From Yuukianura sp. NJ FZ-2021 (lineage: Eukaryota): a stretch of DNA of 64,000 nucleotides. The stretch's first letter is position 1, and each line of letters starts with the position of its first letter. This document shows, piece after piece, positions 25,301 through 37,300 of the stretch. The translations under genes and the position numbers were made by a program. The notes beneath the pieces were generated by a model. The model was not told the DNA's origin. It did no database searches and was given only the letters and a program-made list of their open reading frames with translations. The stretch spans positions 682,001-746,000 of the forward strand of contig CM102286.1 in NCBI GenBank assembly GCA_046563655.1, written 5' to 3'.

Positions 25301-28300
25301 ACAAATTCCCAATCGGCTCCAACTGATTTGACAGCAGCGGAAGAGGTCGGAATGTCATGGCGACTCGTCGTCTGCTTCCGCCGCTTGATTCGACTCTTCA
25401 AATTATGCATTCTTCTCACTGAATTTTAAATTCACACCACGTCTTAGTCCCTACCCACTCAAACCCAACGCTTCCCAGTTCATCTCATCCACAATTCACG
25501 AACAAAATCCAAATTTTTCCTCTACTCTCAAAATTCTCAAATTTATTATGACGTCACAAAAAAAAAATCCAACTTCAAAAAAGTAATCACCAACAGAACT
25601 TATTTGCCGATTTTCTCAAAAATTCCTCTTCAAAAACTCTCCGAAGGTCAATTTCTCTTGAAACCACTCGAAATAAAAAATGAAATTTTCAAAATTTTAA
25701 TTTCCTGTTCCAGGAAACTTCCAATTCCGCTAATCTCGTTCACAGGTCACCACTCCACTAACGCACTTGTGTTTCCAACAGTCCACTTAAAACAAAACTG
25801 AAGCATCGAAAGTTGAAGGAGATGTCAAACAAAAAAGTACAAAAGCTTAGAGCGGATTTATCAGGAACAAACGACAATTGGAAGAAGGAACACAAAAAAA
25901 AAACTAAACTCGTCAAAATCCCCCACCATACTAAATCCCACTCCAGAAAAAATGGACACCCGACTTAACTTCCATTGTTTTTCCTCCCACATGTAAAAAC
26001 ACAAAGAAAAATTTCATAGAACATAACTTAAGTTAACAATTTTGTTAGGGTAAAAAGTGAAGTTGAAGTGGTGTTAGTTGTTTAACCAGAAAAACGGTAC
26101 ACTCATCACACACAAATTCCGAATTCGCAAATTTAGGCTTGCCCCTTCCTCTTCCGTAATTCAACACACCGCGTCACACTTTCACATAGAAAAAAAATTC
26201 TTCCGTCACTCCATTTTGAGTTTTTGCAAAAATGTGACTAATCCAATGACAATGTTGAATTCAATGAAAAACTTAAAAGTCGATGAATTCCGATGCATAG
26301 TCTGTGTCATCTTGAAGATTAGGTGCACCACAGGTAAAAAAAATTCCAACTAGTAACTCAGTCACCTTCACCCGCACCCAAAATTTTGAACTTTTAACCC
26401 CGAAAAAATTAAAAAAATTTAATAACAAACACACCAGGAATCTTTCGTCAAATAAAAATTCTCAGTCAAAAAAATCGGCTCCCGTCACAATCCCTCAAAA
26501 ATTTTGCAGTCATCACTTCCACTCCCTCACTTTTTTCTTTCAATTCATCCGAATCATTGACCTTCGACAATTTCAAAATTTCCAACTCCAGTAAGTCATT
26601 GACCTTCAAAATTGGAACTTTGAGATTTCAAAATTTCCAACTTCATTTAAAAAAAACACTGAATTTTTCGAAGACAGAAACAATTACATGAATTTTTCTT
26701 TAAAAAATTCCTCTAAAACTTGCAATTTTCACTTTCTCAATTTCATCACAAAAACTTAAATTTTTACTCATTTTCTCTCGACTTTTTAAACGGTAGAAAA
26801 CTTGTTTCTTCCAACTTCATTTCATTTTCCTTTAAACTTAAAAATTCACAATTTTCACTTTAAATGTTCACTTTTTAAAACCAAAAGCACAAAACAGCAC
26901 TTAAATTCAGTTCCTTTGAACTTCTCAAAATGAAACCTTGAACTCTGTATTTTCCAGCAGTGGAGAGGACTTTATCCGCTTGAGTTAGAGTCAAAATTTG
27001 AACAAATATGAAACAGAATACTAAAATTCCCAGAACTTAAAACACTTCAAGGCAGCTGTTACTCCGCTCCAACAACCAAAAGTTCAAATTCAAAAGTACC
27101 CTCCAAAACTTCAAAAAGAGTGGAATTTAAAACCAACTGCCCGGAAACTATGCTGGTACGTCCAAAAAACCCGCTTCCATAACAGTTATACACTCAAAAA
27201 TAAAACTTCGACGCCCTCACTTTTCCTCTCTTAAACTTTTTTCCCTGTTCAAAAAAATACAACACTCTCCAACTGACACTTGCCCAAGGAAATAACTTTC
27301 TCAGAATAACATTGAACAGCAGCCGGAATCCCCAGCAACCTTGAGTTGAGGAAAAAAAAGTTTCAAGGGCCCTCGCCACAGTCCAAGGGTCCCCGGGCCC
27401 TTAACAAAGCAGCAACCTGTCTCAAGGTCTTTTTCTTGTTAGGTACCGTAATTTTCCAAACAGTACCCCGGAGTAACCTCTGGGGAGATGCACTACGCAA
27501 TATGGAGGAAACCGTACATAGTACCGCGGTACTATTTGGAACTTTACGGTAACTCTATCCCATACATCGAGCACAAGAGATCAAAGCTAAAAATATCACA
27601 TTTCCAAACGTCATTTCCTAACATATTGTACGAAATAGTCTTTTCAAAATATTATTCTTGACTTTAAACCCACTCTATTATTCTTTAAGATGTTCGGCTC
27701 ATTAGACTCATGCACCGCTCAGCATCTTTATGCTGGATGTGAGATCATCTCCACAAATCCCTCATGACATCATCATCCTAACTGTTTACACTTAAAACTA
27801 ACGAGCCAAACTGTCTAACCAATCACAAGTTAACGTTAACCTTTGACCCTCCCAGCCCTCGAACCCACGACCACAACCATTGTCACTCAGGACCACTAAC
27901 CATAAAAACTAAAGAGATTTCCAGGCTGTCCAGAAACAGCAGCGTCAACAACTTCCTCCATCCTGTCAATTTCAGCCTAAATGAGGCAGGGTGCTCCCCA
28001 TGTCACTTCCAAGCCACTCCAACCCAACTTCTCCGAATTCCGTCAGCCTATCCAAGCCCCCCCCCCCCCAATCAACCTAACCCCCCCCCCTTTCGCAAGA
28101 CTTGTCCAAGAACAATAGGAAGTGACAGTCGAAGTTGAACTCTGGATATTAACCAATACACGGCAAAAACAGAAACCACACGACCCAGAAGAGAACTAGT
28201 CAGCTGTCTGGCAGGGCTCCATACCATTTCGTCGAACGGATTACTACGAAGCTAATTACTACAAAACAAATTACTTCGAAAGTAGAATTAATTTGAAAAG

Positions 28301-31300
28301 TAGTTGTTAAGCTAACAAAATCCAACCTGAATGATTTCGAGCTTAATCAACCCTAACCTAATGATATTTAGTCTAACAAAACATAACTGTATAATTTCTG
28401 ACATACCCCAATTTAATTTTACTTTACTTTAATTTAAAATAAACTTTCGCAGTAATTTACCTTTCGAAGTAATTCATTTCGCAGTAATTCATTCGACGAA
28501 AAGGCATGGAACCCTAGTCAGCTGTCTTCCAAAGGGAAATGTGATAGGGCCTTTCCTGGAAAAGTGACAATGGGTCCAAGTAAACAATCGTGTTCTGTTC
28601 TTCCTGTCAGATACTGGAGCAGCGCGTATAGATGCTTGCAAGTACATACTTCAATTCTCAAAACACTCAAGAGTCACATGAGACAAACCAAAAGTCAAAA
28701 CAAAGAGCCCATTTTAGCTCCAAATGTCACCAAATGAAGAACAGCACAGTTGATGCTCACCGTTACTTTTGCGACGCAAAAAAATCGCAAATGCCAAAAA
28801 CCAAGTGCCAAGGAAAATATAATTGAAATTTTCTCAACTTAACCGTACGACACGAGCTACAAAACAAACTTTTCAACACCGCCAAACTCAAAGCCTATTA
28901 TTAGCTTTTTAACTTTAGCCAAAATGTTAATTGCTGTGCAGTAGTCTAACATAACATAAAACTTAATGACACAGTTACCCATAATGTCTACCACATTTCA
29001 AAATTTTCAAATTTTGCCAAAAGAAAAATTCTTTCCATCTCACAAAATCTAACAAATTTCTCCGATTCCTAAAATTTCCTGTTTCCGTATTTTCTCAGAA
29101 ACTTTCGTCATTTTCAACCACAATCAAATTTGTTTTTTCAACAACACTTGACTAAAATTTCTCATATTTTTAACCACACTTGAGTGAAAATATTTTTAAC
29201 CACACTTAAAGTTAAAATTAACCATCGATTACGTCTAGAATGACGATAAGTAGCACATCTATCTCCGTCACTCCTTCTGAATCACCAAAAATAATCAAAA
29301 TATCATCGATTTAGTTCCCACTTTCTACTTTGTTTCCAAATAAATACACCGCCATTATCCCAAAATCCGTAACATTTTGTTTGTTCTTGTTTAAAAATTC
29401 ACAAAATCGGCACAAGGACACCAACTACTTTCTACCCCCAAGGTTTCGACCTTCCCCCAAAATTTGAAAAACTCCAGAAAATTTATGTTTGAGCACATTT
29501 TGTTCCGTACCTGACGAGGTTGAGTTTCCCCATATGGGCAGTTTGAGTAACTTCTTGAAACTGCTGCTCCTCTTGAGTGATCCACCACTGGTGTTATTAG
29601 TACTTTTTGCATCTCCTCCATTATGTTCCATCAAGGCACCATCCACCCACTTCATTAGTCAAATACTAAATGTCAACTTGTAGTTTATGCACTACAAGTT
29701 CAGACTTATCACACCTTCTGTCCAACTTTGTCAATTTCACCACCAGTTTTAAGGTGAACCTTAATCAGAAAGTCAATTCCTCATTGTTCACTTCTCATTG
29801 TCCTCCGAGTCATAAAAATCCAACACTTTTTCATATAAACAATTCCACTTTATTTGACTGTGCTCAAATCCAAATCCAAATTCACCAAATCACTCCTGTC
29901 AACAAAAATTTCCAGGGTCAAAGGTCAATCACCTCAAGTGAGGTCAACCTAGGTCAATCTTCACTTCACTTTTTAGTAAGTTTCAAAAGTTTAATTTAAG
30001 AAGAAGTGTCAAGTGCCACTTTCACTTGACTCAAAATCTGCTCAAATTCCTACTTGGAGGTGCACAACTCTAGCCACAAAACGCCCGCCTAAAACTGTCT
30101 CTTGCGGCTTTCCTTTTATGAGGCCGCACAGAATTAGTGGAAGATGAAAGTTAAAGATTTTTTTTTTCAAAAAAACCGAAAAAAAATTCTCAAGTTTCCC
30201 CGTAAATGACTTTCCTTCTGGTTCAGTTTCTCCCGCTTTCACTTTTGCCCAAAACCGCCTTTTTCTCACTTCAAAAAAGAAGAATGATGCCACTTTTCCT
30301 CCTGATTAAAAAATTCCGTCGAAAAGTCTGTTTTTTTTTCTCTGATAAAATTCTGCCAACTGCACAAATTGCTTTAATTTTCCACCCTTTTTCACCTTCA
30401 GCTCAAAAATTTACACAAAAATTCGTCCTTCACTGACTTTCGTTTGTTTGAAAAACAGACTTTTTGCACAAAAGGAAATAATCGAAAGAACACAACACGG
30501 AATCACTTAATTTAGTATTCAAAAAATTAAAAATTCAAATGAAATCAATATCTTTGCTAGTACGCGCACGGACGAGAGAGTGGCTCACTATAAACCTCTG
30601 CCAATCTGACACTTTCTGTACAAAAATTAATTCAACTCCCACAACCTACTTAAACTTTCTTCTGTAATACAATCACGTGTGTCTCATTACGTAACACACT
30701 TCTTTAAATCCTTGCTAAAAATTAGCAAAAAGGTTGATCTTTGCCCTTTTACTTACTAACGATGTTTAGTTTTTCAATTTTCACTTTTTCCAATTTCTTC
30801 ACTTTTCACTCTCCAATTTTTTTTCAATTAGCACTCTAATTAAATTTCACTGTAATTTTCACTCGCAGCATCACAGAAACTAACTTCACGAAAAACCAAT
30901 TTCCACTTAACTTTTTTTATATGTCAAAGTTGACAATTCACAGTTGAGAAAAGTCAGAAACTTGAACTAAAAAGCAGAAAATAAGCAAACCAAGTTGCGC
31001 CTTCTGCTTTTAGTCTGACGTTGTTTTTCGCACAAACCTCCTGCCTCACCACCACCACAGTCCAAACTGAACCACTTACTCAGTCAATTGTAAATTATGC
31101 TGCACATTACCTTCCATCTCCTGTCGTCCTTCAATTTAGCATACAATGTTAATGTAAAAATAGCTAAAACCTAACTTTTAGCCTAACTCAAACTCTGATC
31201 ATTTTGATCCTTGTTCAAAAAGTAACTAAAACTCCAGCGAAAAACATGAAAAGGAATCGACCGTTTTTGAAACATAAGCTAAGCTAGTTGAAAAATAACA

Positions 31301-34300
31301 CAAGTACATTGTACATGTGTAGACCATAACCCTCCTATGCAGTCACCCAGTTTTTGAACGTCTTTGCCAATCTTTTTTGCCAAAGATGACACTTCTCAAG
31401 CCAACTTTTGTGACTTTAACATTAGGCACTCAACCTAACTTAACATTTTGTGAAACTTGAACCAGAAGGGAAGTCATAAGAGCATGAGATGAGATAATAA
31501 ATCTGGAGTGTACAAAAGTAGCGAAAGATTTTCTACGTTGCCGGGGATAAAACTGATTGACCTTGACCTTTGACCCGGAAATTGACATACCGAGATAATA
31601 TTCAATAGTGGACACACCCAGGTCACCCGGTATTCACTGGTGAAAAGAGATGCCGGAAATGTTGAAATGATTGCCAGTCAGTCAGACAGACGGACAGACA
31701 GACATGATTGATGCATAAAGTAGCTTTCGATATTTGTTAAGCCAAAACTCACCAAAGCTAACCATAAGCTTTAAAGTCAATGTCAACAACACTACGAAAA
31801 TCAAAAATCACCAAAAACCGGCTTTGTCGAAAAATTCAAATCCTCTTACACAACTTTTCGCAATTTGCACACCAGAAAAACACATTACACTTTTAAAAAT
31901 TTTCTTTTAACGAGCAAAGCAACCTCAACCTTCGTTTTTACGACTTACTACAGCTACTCACTGCACTTGCACTTTTTTGGCACCACTCAAAACTACTAGT
32001 GGCACCAAAATTTAAAAAAATCTTCATTAAGCACAGGATGTTTCAAAATAATTCAACTTTTTCAAAACACTTTACACTTTTTTCTCACTTTCCAAAACAC
32101 CTAATGTTCTCCAGCTCTCCAGCTTTTTACTCCAAAACCTTCCAGTGGAAATGAACCAACTTCCGAAAATTTCATCCCCTTCTTCAAAAAAACTTTCCTC
32201 GTAAAAGCGGAAGGTTTTGAGAGCACAAGCGCCGCTTCCTCTCTTCGATCCAAAGTCCCGGGAACCCAAAAACCGGCATTTTGAAGGGGAAGCTTCTTCT
32301 TTTTAAGAAACCCGGGTAACGCCAGGCTTTGCACAGAAAAGGGCAAACGGAAGTTGCACAAGTTACAAGGAGACGGATGATTCTCCAGAATCTAAGCTAA
32401 GAAATACGTAGGAGAGACACCACAAGATTCTCAACAGATGAAACTACACCTAACTTACTCCAGAAACAAAAAAAAAACCTTGGAAACAAGAAAAACTCAT
32501 TTCCAAAAAATCTAATCAAGATTCTAAAAAATCCATAACACTGAAATGGCCTCCTCCCCAACTTTTCATTTTCAGTGCTAACCAAAACACCCGACAAAAA
32601 AAACGAAGAATATCAAAAAGTTGATTGGGGCCGAAGTCACAATTTCTACAAAACCGAAAATTAGATTAGCCGAAACTTACCCCATTGACAAACTAAACTC
32701 GAACTAAGAAAAGCAAACGTAAAAGTACAAAACTAAAACTTAAAGTAAAAAAACTAAAAGTAAAGGTGAAAAAGTCAAAGTAAAAAACTAAAAGTTAAAG
32801 TAAAAAAAACTATAGGTAAGTAAAAGTAAAAGTAAGTTTCGTAAACTTGACCCCCGGTCTAGCCCAACTTTCTCCGCATCCCCCATAGCACTTTTCCTTT
32901 TCTCCACACGGTTTCTCTAAATGACTTTTCCTAAGGAGCCCATTTAGGCCTTAGCCTAACGCAACCTAACCTTAGCCTAACGCATCCTAACCTAACGGAA
33001 AAAGACATTAAGCACAGCCATCCTCCCTCAGTCGTGCACCTTGTCCTGCTCCTAAATGTGCCATTCTTCTTTTAATCCCAAAACCTATTAGGTTTAGAAC
33101 CTATTACGTTAGGCTGGAGTTAGGTTAGGCTTATCCTCGTTACATTCACAAGTCCAAATTTAACTTTCTCTTTAGTACACGCGTTTCCATGGATCCGCGT
33201 GCGTCTTCTGGGAAAACTGAAAGGGCAAGGACGTAACCCAGGACAACTCCAGTTGTGTCCACAACGTCACTTTATCCGCATCTCAAACTCAATCTTAATG
33301 ACATCATATCTTCCAGCATCTTCATTCACATCATCTTCAAAAAAAGTCGTCAAAGAAACACATTCACAAAACGAATCACTAACCGGAAAAATCTAAGCTT
33401 AAACCCACAAAAAAACATTCATACCACCACAAAACACGCCAAAATAAAAAACACCCAACAAAAAAAAAGTTTCCAAAAATTAACAGGATACAACTTCTTT
33501 AAAAAAATTGTTAAGTTTTAATTTAAAAAAGAATCCAAAAGAATTTTTTTTTGGCACCGAATTCAAAATAGAAAACTAAGCCCATAGTTCGACTAAAACC
33601 TAAAACTTTTCACGTTTTAAAGATCAAAAGTTCATCTTGTAAAAATATTTCGTAAAAAAACATTAAAATTCCTTTTTATTTATAAAGTTTAAACTTGTAA
33701 TTTTATAATTTGAGTACGGTTTTGTAAACTCAAGTAATTTGGAAATTCTCTTAACAAATCATATCCCCAAATTTTAGTAGCTAATCAAGTCAAAGATCAA
33801 AACCACCCAATAAATGGAAATTGTGGCTGACTATCGCATTACCATTTACAACTCTTGCAAAAGCACGACCCAACTTTTCCCAAATTCCAAATCCCATGCA
33901 CGCTTAACTTTTACTAGTTGTAGGCAGATCTCTTTCCAGGAACAAAAGCAGTTACAACAAAAGTTTAAATGTTGGCTTAACTAAATCTAACCTTGAAAAC
34001 CATCCTAAGAAACCTACACAAAGCAAGTCCATTTCCTCTGATGTGAAGCAAGTACTAGCCATTTTCATTACGTCCAAAGATTAAGTCCTCCTGAGCCCTT
34101 AAGTCCCGCCACCTCATCTCATAACTCAAGATCCTAATCCCTCCTACATTACAACCACAATTTTCTTCCAAAAACTACAAAGACAAAGTGCAATACACCT
34201 CGCAAGAAACTTTTTTTTCAAAAAGTTTTTAAACTAAATTCTCCGGTATACTTTTTACGCCGTTTTAAATTTCCAAGCACAAAAAATTTTGTTTCCTCAT

Positions 34301-37300
34301 TTCATGGTGGTGGTAAAAATTCAAAGTTTGTTCGCTTTGATTTTCTTTAACTGGTTGGGCAATACCTAATGTTATTTCGATTTGGAACTTTTTATTTCAG
34401 TGCATCGTAGTCATAACTATTATAAAGCCATTTTTTTAAATTTTCATACCAGTTCATTGGTACCAGTTTTTCAGATTGGTACCAACATTGAGACCAATTG
34501 TTGTCATTTTCATTTTAAAACAAGCGAGCTAGTACTCAACCTGTTAAAGAAAATTAACTTTTCGTTGTCAAGGAACCTTGAAGAAATTAACCCGGTCTCT
34601 CTCAATGGCGCCAAAACCAAATACAAGCCAAGGCTTTTACAAGAACTTTTACGGTACTCTCAAAAAGTCAAGGTAAAAACTTGGCCTAACCTAACACTTT
34701 TAGCTCAACTTTTGAATTCAGCCGCCCCTGAACCTCACTCCGTTTGACGTCAAAGAAAAAACGGAGCTGAGCCAAAAAGGAAATGTTCCAAAAATTACTC
34801 ACAGAGTAAATAGAAAAGATTTCCGTTTTCACGACACTCTAGCGTTAACAAAAAATTAAAAAGACTAGAAAAAAGTAGTTTCTCACAGAAAGTTCATCTT
34901 GTTCTTTTGTAACTCAAGTATGTGCTAGTCACTACAAAATGTAACATCTCCATCATCATTACTTTGACATTCAGTCTGTTCTCACACTTTGACATTCTCG
35001 CCTACTCCTAAATCTCATCACTCTTCTTTTAACTTATCTCGCCTCCTTTGACATCTTCAACTCTGGATTCCATTTCATGATCTTCATTCATTCCAACAAA
35101 CTCAACTTATGATCTAATTCCGCTAAAAACGCCACAAGAATCTCTGATCATCGTGACCTCATGACCGAAAAAACCAAAGTTCGAACTTCGGTTCATGAAA
35201 TTGGCAAATCCGAAAAAAAAACTTTCCAATTCGAAAGTTCAAAGTTTTGAGAAATGTGAACCACGTTCTCTCTTACCTGATTCAAAGTCAGGAAACGACG
35301 CGGAATGATTTGGGAAGAAAAAGTTATCGTCCAAGTTCCGTCGCACTGCAGTACAACACAAAAGAAAAAAAAAGTTAAAAGTTGAGTGGATTCGAACTCA
35401 TGACTTTTCTGATTCAGCCTTTGGCCAAAACATCAAAACATGACCGGAAATTGAAACCAAAACTTTTTTTTTGAAGAAAACTTTTTTTTTCAAAAAACTT
35501 TTTTGTGAACTCTTACGTGGGTTGACGGCACTCCGTCGTTTGGGGGCATCTGACTTTGATCGGATCTTGTCTTTGATTTGTCTCAATCGATCCTTCTTTT
35601 TCAAACCTTCCGCTTCAGCTCCAACACAAGCATCTTGGATTTGAACTACGCAGTTACGATGAACATAAATGTTGCAATCTACACAAAAACCAAAACAAAA
35701 AAAATCATAATTTCAAAATATCAGGGTTCGAAGGCTGTAACTTACGTCCTGTAACTTACGTAACTTACGTACGTAAGTTACGTAATTTTCAGAGGGGTTG
35801 TAATTTTCGAAATTTTCATTCTTTTGAATTTTACGCGGGAGGGAGACAGCGTAGGAGTCAGGGGAGCGGGAGAAGTCCAAAATAACAAAAGAGCAGTGAT
35901 TTAGAGGATTATTTTTTCGTTTTTTTCTCGAGCAGACTGCTCGAGAAATACCAGGATATTCTTCGAGCAGTCTGCTCGAGAAATACCAGGATAATTCTCG
36001 AGCAGTCTGCTCGAGAAATACCAGGATATTTTTCGAGCAGTCTGCTCGAAAAATACCAGGATAATTCTCGAGCAGTCTGCTCGAGAAATACCAGGATATT
36101 CTTCGAGCAGTCTGCTCGAAAAATACCAGGATAATTCTCGAGCAGTCTGCTCGGGAAATGCCAGGATATTCTTCGAGCAGTCTGCTCGAGAAATACCAGG
36201 ATAATTCTCGAGCAGTCTGCTTGAGAAATACCAGGATATTCTTCGAGCAGTCTGCTCGAGAAATACCAGGATATTCTTCGAGCAGTCTTCTCGAGAAATA
36301 CCACGATAATTCTCGAGCAGTCTGCTCGAGAAATACCAAGATATTCTTCGAGCAGTCTGCTCGAGAAATACCAAGATATTCTTCGAGCAGTCTGCTCGAG
36401 AAATACCAGGATATTCTTCGAGCAGTCTGCTCGAGAAATACCAGGATAATTCTCGAGCAGTCTGCTCGAGAAATACCAGGATATTCTTCGAGCAGTCTGC
36501 TCGAGAAATACCAGGATATTCTTCGAGCAGTCTGCTCGAGAAATACCAGGATATTCTTCGAGCAGTCTGCTCGAGAAATACCAGGATATTCTTCGAGCAG
36601 TCTGCTCGAGAGATACCAGGATAATTCTCGAGCAGTCTGCTCGAGAATGGCAACGTAGTTTTCGGCAAAAATACCGTAATTTTCGAACCCTGCAAAATAT
36701 TTTAAAAATTTTAAAAATTCATTTCCTACCTGAACACTGGAGGCCTTGTGGTGCAACTCCCCAAAGAATTTTTCCGCAAATATTGCATACTGTGTAGGAA
36801 TAAATCAACTGCGGACTGAAATGATGTCCATTGTGCGTAATCTGAGAAAAAAACATACCAACACTTTTCAAAAACCTTGTTCCAAATTCCTTCCTAAAAC
36901 TTCAAAATTTCAAAATTTTGAATCTTCCCTCACTTTTTTGTGCCTGCTCATAAACCTAGCTTTGACAGACTTCTCTTTGGACACAAAGGAACCACATCGT
37001 TCCAGGACGGCATTAGATGAACTGTTTGGGCGGACCAAAAACTGCTTTTGCAGAATCGTTGACACGGCATTGATAATGGCCAGGGTTCGATCGTCTCCAG
37101 TCTTCTCGTACTCCTCACTAAAACCACAAACAAAAATCAAAATTTCATTTTCTTTCAAAATTTTGTTTTTCTTCAAAAATGCCAGTCTAAACCTCAGAAC
37201 CGACTGCCTAAATCTCTGAATATACTGACTAAACCTCAGAATTGACTGACCAGAAACTGTCGAGACGTGGGATGAGGTAAGTTTCGATGACTTTGGTCTC

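Noticed and set aside
32940..33130. Interstitial TTAGG/CCTAA telomeric repeat
   Set aside because: Only a few degenerate, interrupted units; more likely a repeat-element remnant.
16413..34747. Numerous 60-120-aa ORFs inside RhoGEF2 introns
   Set aside because: K/F/N-biased translations of A/T-run DNA, many with non-ATG starts and no splice or homology support (except the three candidate first exons reported).
35925..36647. CRISPR array
   Set aside because: Palindromic repeats are separated by near-constant linkers rather than unique spacers; no cas genes; eukaryotic intron; bounded by hAT TIRs and TSD.
35713..36756. 347-, 264-, 166- and 131-aa ORFs
   Set aside because: Artefacts of a stop-poor 35-bp tandem repeat; the same peptide cycles through the frames.
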